A stretch of DNA of 64,000 nucleotides from an uncultured archaeon (GCA_963817525.1 CAWFOU010000008.1:84084-148083), one strand, 5' to 3'; positions 18,976-28,435 are shown, counted from the stretch's first letter. A program made the numbers and translations. The notes: generated by a model from the sequence alone, not told the origin.

Positions 18976-19959
18976 CTATCTCGACCTCCTTTGGAAGGTC
19001 TTCCTTGCCTCCTTGGTCTCCCTGAACGAGCCCTTGGCCTCGAGCCCGAGGCTGGTGTACTTCAGGAAGACGTCGTCGAGGCTAGGCGAGCTGAGGGAGA
19101 TTCCCTTGATTCCCACCCCCTGGTTCCTCAGATAGTCGATTATCTGCGGCAAAGCGGCTTCCCCGTCGGGGGACACGATCTTGAGGGAGTAGTCGTCGAC
19201 CTCTGTCACCCGGCCCAGGTCGGCAGGGACCGTAGAAGGGGGCACGGTGGAGGTCTTCACGGTGACGAGGTCCCCGCCGATGGACCGCTTCAGGTCCTCT
19301 GGGGCGCCCGAGATCGCGATCTTGCCCTGGTTCATGATGGCGAGGCGGTCGCACAACTCGTCCGCCTCCTCCATGTCGTGGGTGGTGATGAAGATCGTGA
19401 CCCCATAGTCGGAGTTGAGCCTCTTGATGTATCCCCAGGTCTTGAGCCTGGACGCCGGGTCCAGGCCGATGCTCGGCTCGTCGAGGAAGAGGATCCTCGG
19501 CCGGTTGACGAGGGACTCGGCGATCTCGAGGCGGCGCATCATCCCCCCGGAGAAGTGCTTGACGAGGTCGTCCGCCCTCTCGGAGAGGTCCATGTACTCG
19601 AGGGCCTCCTTGATCCTCTGCCCGCGGTCCGCCTTCTTCACGTCGAAGAGCTTCGAGAATATCAGGAGGTTCTCGTAGGCTGTAAGGTCGCCATCGACCG
19701 ACACGGACTGAGGGACGTAGCCCAGCATTGACCTCACCGCGGAGGGGTCTCGGCTCACGTCTGTCCCGAAGATCTTGATCGACCCGGAAGTGGGGACGCC
19801 GAGCGTGGTGATCATCCTTATGGTGGTGGTCTTGCCCGCGCCGTTCGGCCCCAGGAATCCCCACACCTCGCCCTCGTCGACTTCGAAGCTGATGTCGTCT
19901 ACCGCCTTTATCCCGCCCGGATAGACCTTTGAGAGGTGCTCGACCTCGATCGCTTTCAT
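18976..19959 (-). CDS. ABC exporter ATP-binding protein (DrrA-like)
   Basis: GPNGAGKT, FSGGMMRR, LFLDEP, TTHDMEEA, PSLDDVF. Confidence 0.95.
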   Translation of the reverse strand: MKAIEVEHLSKVYPGGIKAVDDISFEVDEGEVWGFLGPNGAGKTTTIRMITTLGVPTSGSIKIFGTDVSRDPSAVRSMLGYVPQSVSVDGDLTAYENLLIFSKLFDVKKADRGQRIKEALEYMDLSERADDLVKHFSGGMMRRLEIAESLVNRPRILFLDEPSIGLDPASRLKTWGYIKRLNSDYGVTIFITTHDMEEADELCDRLAIMNQGKIAISGAPEDLKRSIGGDLVTVKTSTVPPSTVPADLGRVTEVDDYSLKIVSPDGEAALPQIIDYLRNQGVGIKGISLSSPSLDDVFLKYTSLGLEAKGSFRETKEARKTFQRRSR

Positions 19960-20136
19960 CGATTGCCTTCCAGTTTACGAAGAAATCCGCCGCCTATCTG
20001 TATAAACGTATGCTCGGGACTCCGGATCTCGCCCATCTCCATATGGAAGACTTTATACGCCGGACAGGTCGCAATATCACGCACATCTTGCCCCACTGCA
20101 ACGGGACGGGACAGGACTGCGGGAACTAGAAGCAAT

Positions 20137-20811
20137 ATGACAAAGATAGAGGAAGACGACATTGGGATAGACTCCGTCCTGCTGACGGTCGAGAACCCCG
20201 TGAGGCGGAAGATAATCAAGCAGCTCAGCAAGGAGCCCAGCTACCAGCTCCGCATCTCCAAGGAGCTCGGCTTTAGCCAGCAGCTGGTGGCGAAGCACCT
20301 TGAATCCATGGAAGACTCCGGCGTGGTCTCCTCCCAGATGGAGGCGAGCCCCCACGGCCCGAAAAGGAAGGAGTACCTGCTCAACCGGAGCATTTCGCTT
20401 ACGATAGACTTCGCGCCGAACCTCTTCAAGGCGAGGGTCATGGAGTTCGACCCGCTGCCCGAGCTCGACCTGCCTGGAGCGTCCGGGGATGTCTTCAGGA
20501 TGCTCGCGGAGGTGATGCAGCGCCCCGAGGAGAACGCCAAGCTAAAGCCCCTGGGCTCGCTCATAAAGGAGATAGACAGCAAGCTCACCCGGATCGAGGA
20601 CGAAAAGTCCGTCCTGCTGTACCTGAGGCACCTCGCAATGAAGGAGGTCTCTCGGGCCGTAGGGGGCCATTCAGATGGCGGGTGGGACGCGAAGGTGATC
20701 AACCAACTGGTGGACGAGAACGAGAAGAACCTGCGCGAGACGTTCAGCGGCCTTAGGATGAGTCAAGAGTGGGTTAGGGCCATCCTGGCCGAGCTGGAAC
20801 AGGGACTATAG
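20137..20811 (+). CDS. ArsR-type wHTH regulator, COG1777 (Phr/HSR1-like)
   Basis: ATG 20137; ENPVRRKII..LS..P.Y...ISKELG.SQ..V.KHL..ME..G.V, GPKRKEY, ISLTIDFAPNLF, C-terminal coiled coil. Confidence 0.75.
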   Translation: MTKIEEDDIGIDSVLLTVENPVRRKIIKQLSKEPSYQLRISKELGFSQQLVAKHLESMEDSGVVSSQMEASPHGPKRKEYLLNRSISLTIDFAPNLFKARVMEFDPLPELDLPGASGDVFRMLAEVMQRPEENAKLKPLGSLIKEIDSKLTRIEDEKSVLLYLRHLAMKEVSRAVGGHSDGGWDAKVINQLVDENEKNLRETFSGLRMSQEWVRAILAELEQGL

Positions 20812-20850
20812 CCCCGCCCAGCTCCTTTTCTCATGCTTCCTCCTTGGTAG

Positions 20851-20873
20851 AATAAAGAGGGGCTTGGCCCCTC
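20851..20873 (-). terminator. Hairpin plus T-tract terminator of the small protein gene
   Basis: GAGGGGC-N3-GCCCCTC 7-bp stem followed on minus strand by TTTATT. Confidence 0.55.
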
Positions 20874-20883
20874 GGATGGAAGC

Positions 20884-21051
20884 CTAGAACTGGAAGGTGG
20901 ACTGTGGAACGCCAAGCTGAGTCTGGAGGGTGCGTATCCTCTCAGAGTATTCCTTCATCTTGGCATTGTCGTGCTGGACCTTTGCGATCTTGTACGCCTT
21001 CCACGCCTTCCGTAGTGCTCCCCACGTCTGACCCGTTGTGTAGGTGCTCAT
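20884..21051 (-). CDS. 55-aa small basic helical protein
   Basis: MSTYTTGQTWGALRKAWKAYKIAKVQHDNAKMKEYSERIRTLQTQLGVPQSTFQF; ATG 21051, TAG 20884; own AT-rich promoter and terminator; below ORF-track cutoff. Confidence 0.85.
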   Translation of the reverse strand: MSTYTTGQTWGALRKAWKAYKIAKVQHDNAKMKEYSERIRTLQTQLGVPQSTFQF

Positions 21052-21065
21052 GTCAAGATGATATT

Positions 21066-21087
21066 GATTTCACGTTATTTTGAAATC
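21066..21087. promoter_or_regulatory. Palindrome GATTTCA-N8-TGAAATC over promoter of the small protein gene
   Basis: Perfect 7-bp inverted repeat 15-36 nt upstream of ATG 21051. Confidence 0.45.
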
Positions 21088-21133
21088 TGGGTCAATCTTA
21101 CTAGAGCACATGATACGAACTACTTCAACCGAT

Positions 21134-21595
21134 TCAGGCGGCTGAATCGCCAGAATCTGGCTTTTGGGGGGTGCTCCCGGGGTCGGGGGAGCGCTGCGCC
21201 ATCGCGATTATGTCCTGCTGGATCTGCTCCCTTGTCTTCCCGATCGTGGGGATCCCCAGCTTTCTGGCCGCCTCGATGAGCAGCTGGTCGCCGGTCTTGA
21301 CGCTGGGCGTAGCGGCGGTGGGCTGGGGAAGAGAGCGCGTCGGGCCCTGCTGGGAGGCCTGGGGGAGCGCGGCCGCCGCTACGACCGGTGCGGCGGACGA
21401 GGATGGGGAAGGGGCAAAGAAGGGGCTCGTGCCGTTCTGGATGCTGGCCGAGGCCTTTTGGAACTCCTTCGTCGCGTTATCGAACTCCCTCCTGGCCTGC
21501 GCGAGCATCCTCGCGAGCTCCGGAATCTTCTGGGGTCCCCACAGGAAGAATACTAGCAGGATGACGCCGATGCTCGCAAGTGCTACGGGGTCCAT
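21134..21595 (-). CDS. tatA: Twin-arginine translocase TatA/TatB subunit
   Basis: N-terminal TM then WGPQKIPELARMLAQARREF amphipathic helix; C-terminal ARKLGI...GKTREQI extension. Confidence 0.85.
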   Translation of the reverse strand: MDPVALASIGVILLVFFLWGPQKIPELARMLAQARREFDNATKEFQKASASIQNGTSPFFAPSPSSSAAPVVAAAALPQASQQGPTRSLPQPTAATPSVKTGDQLLIEAARKLGIPTIGKTREQIQQDIIAMAQRSPDPGSTPQKPDSGDSAA

Positions 21596-21649
21596 TCCGG
21601 TTCGCGACTCGGAAATTTCCCTCCTTAGCGTCTTATTAAGATTAGCCGG

Positions 21650-22498
21650 CTAGATGGAGCGGAGGAGGAGCCACACGTTGCTTGGGTGCTCCTTTATCCT
21701 GCGTACGGAGTACGGGTACCACTCCTGGCCGTAGGGCATGTAGTCCACCACCCTGTATCCCTCTTTGGCTAGCTTGACCTTGAGGTCGTCCCGTATCCCC
21801 CTGAGCATCTCGAACTCGAACTTTGTGTTGGGGCTAGAATTGTGGAGCCTCAAGGCCTCCTCGATGGGCCTGGAGTCATGAGTCCCCACGGCGAACCCCT
21901 GCCCCCTCTCGAAGAGTACGCCGAGGAGCTTGATGTAGTTCTCCGTCACCTGCTGGCGCGAGCGGAAGACCAGCTCTGAGGGCTCCCTGTAGGCCCCCTT
22001 CACCAGGCGGACCTTGCCGCCGATGTCCATGAGGCGCTTGAGGTCGCCTTCGCTTCGCCTGAGGTAGGCCTGGAGGGCGACCCCCACGTTCTTGTTGGCA
22101 TCCAGAAGCCTAGAGTAGATGTCCAGGGTCCGCGTCGTCACGGCGGAGCCCTCCATGTCGAGCCAGAGCATGCGCCCCATCCCTCCTGCCTCCTCCACGA
22201 GCTGCCGGGCCTTGTCCTCGACCACCGAATCCTCGAGCACCCCCAGCCCGAACTGGGTCAGCTTCATGGAGACGCACCCGTCGATTCCCCTGGTTTCGAT
22301 GGCCCGCTGCAGCTTGACGTACTCCTGGAAGTGGGACTCGGCGACGCGAGGGTCGGTCACGTCCTCACCGAGGTAGTTCAGGATGGTGCCCAGGCCCTTC
22401 GAGTTGGCTTCCTTGGCCTTGGCGAGGGCCGCCTCCATGTCCTTGCCCGCGATCCAGCGTTTCGCGGCGCCGTACGTCAGGTCTTGAAGTATCCCCAA
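21650..22498 (-). CDS. Proline dehydrogenase (monofunctional)
   Basis: RWIAG, NYLGE, SMKLTQFG, LDME, ALQAYLRR, RLVKGAY, GTHD, EMLRGIR, YMPYG..WYPY..RRI.E; start likely TTG 22498 rather than track start that overlaps the opposite gene. Confidence 0.92.
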   Translation of the reverse strand: MGILQDLTYGAAKRWIAGKDMEAALAKAKEANSKGLGTILNYLGEDVTDPRVAESHFQEYVKLQRAIETRGIDGCVSMKLTQFGLGVLEDSVVEDKARQLVEEAGGMGRMLWLDMEGSAVTTRTLDIYSRLLDANKNVGVALQAYLRRSEGDLKRLMDIGGKVRLVKGAYREPSELVFRSRQQVTENYIKLLGVLFERGQGFAVGTHDSRPIEEALRLHNSSPNTKFEFEMLRGIRDDLKVKLAKEGYRVVDYMPYGQEWYPYSVRRIKEHPSNVWLLLRSI

Positions 22499-22553
22499 AG
22501 CTACAGCGAGCCAACCGTTTTTATCGGGAGATATAAGCAGGGAAACTAGTTCG

Positions 22554-23666
22554 GTGCAGTTGGCCAAGTCTGCAGTACCCAACCTGAAGAGGCGGACCGC
22601 CGTCCTCGCCAAGGAGCTCCGCTTGGCGGGGCTCGCGGGGGCGATAATCGTCCCTGGGCCCAACCTCCTGTACTATACCGGCGTAAGCGCGCACCTCTAC
22701 GAGCGACCCTTCCTCTTCTTCGTAGAGAGCGACGGCGAGGCGCATCTCCTCGCCCCCCAGCTTGAGGCGGGGCCCTTCCAGGTCTCCATCCCCATGAAGG
22801 TCCACGCGTGGACCGACAACCAAGGCCCATCGGGGGCGTTCAGGGAGGTCCTCAAGGACGTCGACGCGAAGGGAACGTGGGGCTGCGAGGGGAAGGTCCC
22901 CTTCGGGTTCCTCAATCACCTCCTTGCAAAGGGGCTGAAGGTCAAGCCCGCCGAGAGCGTCCTACAGTCGATAAGGGAGGTCAAGGAGCCGGAGGAGCTC
23001 GAGCTGCTCAAGAGGTCCGCAGCCATCCTTTCCGGGTCGGTCCTCAAGGTGCCGGAGGCGCTCCGCGAGGGCACGACGGAGAAGGAGCTTTCCCGCTTCA
23101 TCTCCGAGGACGCGCTCGCGAACGGGGCTGACGAGGTGGAGCCCACCATCCAGTCCGGGGCGAGGGCGGCGGACCCCCACTCCGTGACGTCCACGAGGAA
23201 GATCGGCCGCGGCGAGAGCGTGGTCGCCGACGTCGTCAGCTCCTACGCTGGGTACGCGGCGGACATTACGAGGACGTTCGTGCTCGGGAGCGGCGGGGAG
23301 GTGGAGAGGACGTACGAGAGCGTGCTGGCCGCGCAGCGAAAGGCGATAGACGCGGCCGGGGCGGGTGTGGCCACCGGAAGGGTGGACGCCGCTGCGCGGG
23401 ACTCGCTGAAGAAGGACGGCCTGGCGAAGTACTTCATACACAGGACGGGGCACGGGCTGGGGCTGGAGGTCCACGAGGCCCCGTACATCGTCGCGAAGGG
23501 GCGGGAGCGCCTCAGGGCTGGGATGGTCTTCACCGTCGAGCCCGGGGCGTACCTGCCTGGGAAGCTCGGCGTCAGGATAGAGGACGACGTCTCGATATCG
23601 AGGGGCGGGCGCGCCGAGGTGACCACGGAGAAGGTCCCCAAGGAATACGGGTGGTGGAGGAAGTGA
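22554..23666 (+). CDS. Xaa-Pro aminopeptidase/prolidase (M24B)
   Basis: REVK...E, PH, D...Y.ADITRT, HRTGHGLGLEVHE, TVEPG.Y, GVRIEDD. Confidence 0.95.
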   Translation: MQLAKSAVPNLKRRTAVLAKELRLAGLAGAIIVPGPNLLYYTGVSAHLYERPFLFFVESDGEAHLLAPQLEAGPFQVSIPMKVHAWTDNQGPSGAFREVLKDVDAKGTWGCEGKVPFGFLNHLLAKGLKVKPAESVLQSIREVKEPEELELLKRSAAILSGSVLKVPEALREGTTEKELSRFISEDALANGADEVEPTIQSGARAADPHSVTSTRKIGRGESVVADVVSSYAGYAADITRTFVLGSGGEVERTYESVLAAQRKAIDAAGAGVATGRVDAAARDSLKKDGLAKYFIHRTGHGLGLEVHEAPYIVAKGRERLRAGMVFTVEPGAYLPGKLGVRIEDDVSISRGGRAEVTTEKVPKEYGWWRK

Positions 23667-23670
23667 CCCC

Positions 23671-25362
23671 GTGAGGAACCACGACGTCGCCGAGCTGCTG
23701 GACAAGATGGCCCAGGCCTCGGAGGCAGCCGGCGAGGACAGGTTCAAGGTGATCGCCTACAGGAGGGCGGCGACCGTCATCCGCAACATGGAGCAGGACG
23801 TGGAGGACGTGTGGAAGCAGGGTCAGCTCGAGGAGATCAAGTACGTCGGCAACGCGATAGCGAAGAAGATCGACGAATACCTGAGGACGGGCAAGCTCGA
23901 GGCGCTGGACAAAATGGAGAGGAAGGTTCCCACGGGGGCGCTCGAGCTGATGAAGGTCCCGGGGATCGGGCCTAAGACCGCATACAAGCTGGCGCAGAGC
24001 TACCACGTTAAGAGCGTGGAGGACCTCAGGGTGGGACTGGCATCGGGCGCGCTCACCGAGGCGGTCGGGGCGGTGATGGCCAAGAAGCTGGCCGGGGAGG
24101 TCGAGAAGATGAAGGAGGGCGGCTCCAGGATGCTCCTCGTCGAGGCCTTCAACCTCGCCGCGATGCTGGTAGCGTACTTCGAGGAGAAGGGCATCGACGT
24201 CCAGCCCGCCGGGAGCCTGAGGAGGGGGGCGAACACCGTGGGGGACATCGACATACTGACCACCGACGAGGACGCGAGCGACGCGTTCGTGAGCTACCCG
24301 ATGGTGGACAGGGTCATCGAGAGGGGGCCCACGAGGGTGAGCGTCTTCCTGAAGACGGGGACACAGGTCGACCTCCGCATCGTCAAGAAGGACGAGCTCG
24401 GCGCGGCGCTAGTCTACTTCACGGGCTCGAAGCAGCACAACATAGAGCTGAGGAACCTGGCCATCGAGAAGGGCTGGAAGCTCAACGAGTACGCCCTCGC
24501 TGACGCGAAGACCGGGAAGGTCGTCGCGGGCAAGACCGAGGAGGAGGTCTACTCCAAGCTCGGGCTGGAGTTCATCCCGCCGGAGCTGAGGGAGGCGAGG
24601 GGCGAGGTGGAGGCGGCGATGGAGGGCAAGCTCCCGCACCTGGTGGAGGTGGGCGACCTGAAGGGCGACCTCCAGATGCACAGCACGTGGAGCGACGGCA
24701 GCGCCGAGCTGGAGAGGATGGCCCGGGTGGCGATGGACAGCGGCTACGAGTACATCGCGTTCACCGACCACTCGGTCTCAGTGGGCATCGCGAACGGGCT
24801 CAACGAGGAGAGGTTCAGGCGGCAGTGGAAGGCCATAGACGACCTCAACGAGAAGGTGAAGCCGTTCAGGGTGCTGAAGGCCGTCGAGGCTGAGGTGAGG
24901 TCGGACGGGAGCCTCGACTTTAGCAGGGAGTTCTTCGACCAGTTCGACGTCGTCGGGGCGTCCATACACCAGGCCTACAAGCAGTCGCCCGAGAAGCTCA
25001 CGGAGAGGGCGGTGATGGCCCTGGAGCACCCCTCGGTCGACATCCTATTCCACCCCACCAACAGGATAATCGGGAGGCGGGAGGGGAACCCTCTCGACCT
25101 CCGCAAGGTCATAAAGACGGCCAAGGACAACGGGAAGATGCTCGAGATAGACGGCGCCCCCAACAGGCTCGACCTCGACGAGATCTGGGCGAGGAGGGCG
25201 ATGCAGGAGGGCGTGAAGCTCGTCGTGGACTCGGACGCGCACTCGCCCGCGGAGCTCAAGAACGTCCAGTTCGGGGTCGCAGTGGCGAGGAGGGCTTGGC
25301 TGGAGTCAAAAAACATAGCAAATACCCTGCCGCTCCGCGACCTCCTCAGGCTGGTCTCCTAG
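23671..25362 (+). CDS. polX: DNA polymerase X with PHP domain
   Basis: AYRRAA, VPGIGPK, AGSLRR..TVGDID, QVDLR, YFTGSK.HN, LNEY, IPPELRE; PHP DLQMHS..SDG, TDHS, HPT.R, DSDAH. Confidence 0.96.
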   Translation: MRNHDVAELLDKMAQASEAAGEDRFKVIAYRRAATVIRNMEQDVEDVWKQGQLEEIKYVGNAIAKKIDEYLRTGKLEALDKMERKVPTGALELMKVPGIGPKTAYKLAQSYHVKSVEDLRVGLASGALTEAVGAVMAKKLAGEVEKMKEGGSRMLLVEAFNLAAMLVAYFEEKGIDVQPAGSLRRGANTVGDIDILTTDEDASDAFVSYPMVDRVIERGPTRVSVFLKTGTQVDLRIVKKDELGAALVYFTGSKQHNIELRNLAIEKGWKLNEYALADAKTGKVVAGKTEEEVYSKLGLEFIPPELREARGEVEAAMEGKLPHLVEVGDLKGDLQMHSTWSDGSAELERMARVAMDSGYEYIAFTDHSVSVGIANGLNEERFRRQWKAIDDLNEKVKPFRVLKAVEAEVRSDGSLDFSREFFDQFDVVGASIHQAYKQSPEKLTERAVMALEHPSVDILFHPTNRIIGRREGNPLDLRKVIKTAKDNGKMLEIDGAPNRLDLDEIWARRAMQEGVKLVVDSDAHSPAELKNVQFGVAVARRAWLESKNIANTLPLRDLLRLVS

Positions 25363-25404
25363 CCGGCGGAAACGCTTTTGGGGGTTGCTTCCAGCCCGTG
25401 AAAT

Positions 25405-25503
25405 GCGGGGGTAGTCAAGCCTGGCCAACGACGTGGGACTTAAGCCACATGTGAAGAGATCCCATCCCTTTGGGGTTCGTGGGTTCGAATCCCACCCCCC
25501 GCA
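25405..25503 (+). tRNA. tRNA-Leu(TAA) with 14-nt intron at position 37/38 (25445-25458)
   Basis: Acceptor GCGGGGG/CCCCCGC + A73; anticodon stem TGGGA/TCCCA with loop CT-TAA-G|A after removing CCACATGTGAAGAG; long variable arm; GGTTCGAATCC T-arm; no encoded CCA. Confidence 0.92.
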
Positions 25504-25582
25504 TAATCTTTCACTTGCGAGCGATTGACCGCCGTTAGAGGAGACAGCCTTTTAGCATGAGACTTGTCTTTCACCAGCCGGA

Positions 25583-26449
25583 TTGACACTGGGACGATCG
25601 GGCACCCTCCTGTTGGTCGTATTGCTCCTCTCAGGTGGAGGGTCGCTAATCCAGTCAGCAGGCGGTCAGGTATCGGGAGGTTCGGCCAGCGCGGCTGCCT
25701 CCCCGCACCCCGAGCCGCTCTCAGCCGCTTCGACTCCTCTACCATCGAATCTCGCTGGCATCAATGGGACTACCTGGGAGGACAGCTCAGGCGGTACCTG
25801 CGCTGAATGCACCTACTCGGTATACTTGACGGCCGGGGGTGCCTCAACGCCCAATTCTTACTTTCTCGCCATTTGGTACTTGACAGACCCAGCGTGCCCT
25901 CCAGCTGTGGAGCAGGAGTTGGTCCATCTCGACATTGGCGCCAATGGCACCACGTTGAATGACAACTCGGGGGGTAATTCCATCGAACTGTGTACTCGTG
26001 CCAGCAACACCATCGTCCAAGATTGTGGTCAGGATCAGCTTTGGTACGTGAACAACTTCACTCTGACCGTAACCCAGACCAGCATCTCAGGGTGGTACCA
26101 AAGTCAATACTGGACCTGGGACACGGCTTCCAACGGAGCCATAACGAACTGCTCGATTGAGTATTATTTTTCCCAGCCCTTTACTCTCACTCCTGTGTTC
26201 AGTTCGACGAGCTTATCCTCTAGCTCAGCTTCTTCCAGTGCAGCCACATCACAGCAAAACGCGGGAAACACAAACACGCCTGCAGCTCAGACCTCGAGCA
26301 GTTCAACGACCGGCTCTTCCTCCTCCTCGACAACGACATCAACCCATTCCGGCGGCTCCGGACGCCTCGAAGTGGAGATCTTGGTAGCCGCACCCATTCT
26401 GTTCGTTTTGCTTGTCGGGTCATGGTTCTTTCTCAGAAAGAGAAAGTAA
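25583..26449 (+). CDS. Secreted Cys-containing protein with S/T linker and C-terminal TM anchor
   Basis: Signal peptide, six Cys, NxT sequons, Ser/Thr-rich linker, TM + RKRK; visibly lower GC. Confidence 0.75.
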   Translation: MTLGRSGTLLLVVLLLSGGGSLIQSAGGQVSGGSASAAASPHPEPLSAASTPLPSNLAGINGTTWEDSSGGTCAECTYSVYLTAGGASTPNSYFLAIWYLTDPACPPAVEQELVHLDIGANGTTLNDNSGGNSIELCTRASNTIVQDCGQDQLWYVNNFTLTVTQTSISGWYQSQYWTWDTASNGAITNCSIEYYFSQPFTLTPVFSSTSLSSSSASSSAATSQQNAGNTNTPAAQTSSSSTTGSSSSSTTTSTHSGGSGRLEVEILVAAPILFVLLVGSWFFLRKRK

Positions 26450-26539
26450 GGTTCGATTCTCCCAATCTGAATCCGAATCGCCTGTCTACAGCATCGTGCG
26501 TTAATATAAGAGACTTCTCGTCTCCGCTTGAATCGTATA

Positions 26540-27211
26540 TTGGCGTTTTGCACAAGTTGTGGAAAGGAAATCCCGCAAGACGCGGCTTTCTGCGCTTATT
26601 GTGGAAGACCGACGGTTTCTGCTCCTCAGGTCACTGGGGCCCAGAGCGCAAGTTTCACGCCACCGACATTGACCGGGGCTTCAACTCTTCTGAATACCAG
26701 CGATATTGTAATGAGGAGGAAACTAGTGTCGATGAGGGAGCATTACGACATCGAAGATAGAGGCGGAAGGAAGATTGGGGAAGGGGAAGGCAATTTTGTT
26801 CAGGTTCCCGCGAAGTTCGTTGTCAGCGAGGTGAGTGACTCTTCTGCAAAGACCGAAGTCATGCACATTGATGGTAAAGTACTGTCGTTGAGACATCAGT
26901 TTACTTTGTACGACGCGAGCGGAAATCTGTTGGGAGAATTGAAGAAAAAGCTCGCGAAATTGATAGGACAGGAGTATTGGCTTGAGGTAAACGGAACGGA
27001 GTTGATGAGAATATTTGGGAAATTTACCCAGCATCAATATCAGATGACTGTCAACGGCCAACAGGTAGCCGAAGTGAATCGGAAATGGGTCTCTGCAACG
27101 GGTGAATTCGGCTTATCAATTACCGGCGACGTGGATCCCAGAATTGTTATCGGCTCTGCTATCGTGATCGAACATCTAGAAACGCAGGGGAGCGGAATCA
27201 GAATAAATTGA
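26540..27211 (+). CDS. Zinc-ribbon plus LURP-one/scramblase (Tubby-like) domain protein
   Basis: FCTSCG..IP..AAFCAYCG; MRRKLVSMREHYDIED, IDGKVLSLRHQFTLYD, VAEVNRKW; TTAATATA at 26501 favours TTG 26540 (track 26528). Confidence 0.8.
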   Translation: MAFCTSCGKEIPQDAAFCAYCGRPTVSAPQVTGAQSASFTPPTLTGASTLLNTSDIVMRRKLVSMREHYDIEDRGGRKIGEGEGNFVQVPAKFVVSEVSDSSAKTEVMHIDGKVLSLRHQFTLYDASGNLLGELKKKLAKLIGQEYWLEVNGTELMRIFGKFTQHQYQMTVNGQQVAEVNRKWVSATGEFGLSITGDVDPRIVIGSAIVIEHLETQGSGIRIN

Positions 27212-27397
27212 TCTTCTGATGATTTCGGGTGCCGGCAGTCCTTCGCAAACGGCGACAAGAGGAGAGCCGGCCGAGAGTCGAGCTCCGAAGCCCTCTAAGT
27301 ATGCGGGCAAGATTTCGGTCTTGGTATCACACAGACTGTGCTGGGTCGAGATAGCATCGTTGTTTCGCGCCGAGCGCAACGCGAGCTTCATCTCCTC

Positions 27398-28345
27398 TTA
27401 GATGAGGGGGATCAGCCTGTCCTTGATGGCCTCGAGAGGCCAGAGCAACCGGTCGCCGATTATCATGGGTATGAGGTATTCTACGCCGGCGCGGGCATAA
27501 GCCCTCAGCTCCTCCGCGCAGTGCTCGGGTGTCCCCACGATGCATCCCTTCTCTCTGAGCTTCTTCCGATAGCCGTTGGGCGACATCCCCATCCGCTCTG
27601 CCTCCTTCTGGACAATCTGCTCCACCTCGGAGTCGGTCCCCGCCAACAGCAAGGGCTGCGCCGAATAGGTCACCTCGCTCCTGTCGCGCTTCATCTCCTT
27701 CCGAACTTCCTCGGCCCGCTCGACGATTTTTCCGCATAGCTTGGGCTCGGCGACCGTGTTGAGCCCGTCGGCGAGCTCCACGGCGTACCTCGGCAGCGTC
27801 CTCGTCCCCGTCGATACCCCGACCCAGACGGGAAGGTGGGCCTGCACGGGCTTCGGGTTGCAGGTGGCGTTCGTGATGGAAAAGTGCCTTCCCGCGAAGG
27901 ACGTGCCGTCCTCCGTCCACATCATCCTGAGAATCTTCAGCGTCTCCTTGAGCTGCCCCAGGCGGTCGGGAAGCGGAAGAAAGTCGTATCCGTATGCCGC
28001 ATACTCGGCCTCGTGCCACCCCGCGCCGACCCCCATCACGAAGCGGCCATTTGAGATGCGGTCGACGGTCGCGCCCATCTTCGCGAGGTAGGCCGGGTTC
28101 CTGTACCCCACGCACGTGACCATGACGCCAATCCTGAGCCGCTTTGTGTCCCTTGCAAGCGCCGCGAGGGTCGTGTACGCCTCCAGGCAAGGGTCGGAGG
28201 CCCGGTCGACCAGGGAGACGCCGAGGAGATGGTCGTGCAGCCAGGCCGAGTCGAAGCCCAGCTCCTCGGACTTGGACCAGACCGAGGAGAGCTCGTCGTA
28301 GGTGTAACCGCTCTGGCCCTGCCCGGTCTTTATCCCGAACCTCAT
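27398..28345 (-). CDS. LLM-class (luciferase-like, probably F420-dependent) oxidoreductase
   Basis: ATG 28345 MRFGI; EELGFDSAWLHDH, EAYTTLAALA..T..LRIG, YRNPAYLAK.GATVD.ISNGR, NPKP.Q. Confidence 0.92.
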   Translation of the reverse strand: MRFGIKTGQGQSGYTYDELSSVWSKSEELGFDSAWLHDHLLGVSLVDRASDPCLEAYTTLAALARDTKRLRIGVMVTCVGYRNPAYLAKMGATVDRISNGRFVMGVGAGWHEAEYAAYGYDFLPLPDRLGQLKETLKILRMMWTEDGTSFAGRHFSITNATCNPKPVQAHLPVWVGVSTGTRTLPRYAVELADGLNTVAEPKLCGKIVERAEEVRKEMKRDRSEVTYSAQPLLLAGTDSEVEQIVQKEAERMGMSPNGYRKKLREKGCIVGTPEHCAEELRAYARAGVEYLIPMIIGDRLLWPLEAIKDRLIPLI

Positions 28346-28435
28346 GGGCGATACGGGCTGGCCGCGCCGATTCCTAATAAGAGGATGTCCCGGGCCGGAA
28401 AACGGTTTATTATGCTGGAAGAGTCGGAGGGGGCA

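Noticed and set aside
23671-25362. PolX next to a tRNA as a sign of a mobile or defence element
   Set aside because: Host-like codon usage, operonic with prolidase, no integrase or other mobile genes
26448-26465. GGTTCGATTC resembling a tRNA T-loop, possible attR
   Set aside because: Does not match the tRNA-Leu 3' end (GGTTCGAATCCCACC) beyond 7 nt and has no stem
27212-27397. Unexplained 185-nt intergenic stretch containing TGATGA and short ORFs
   Set aside because: No convincing RNA structure, D box or protein motif visible by eye
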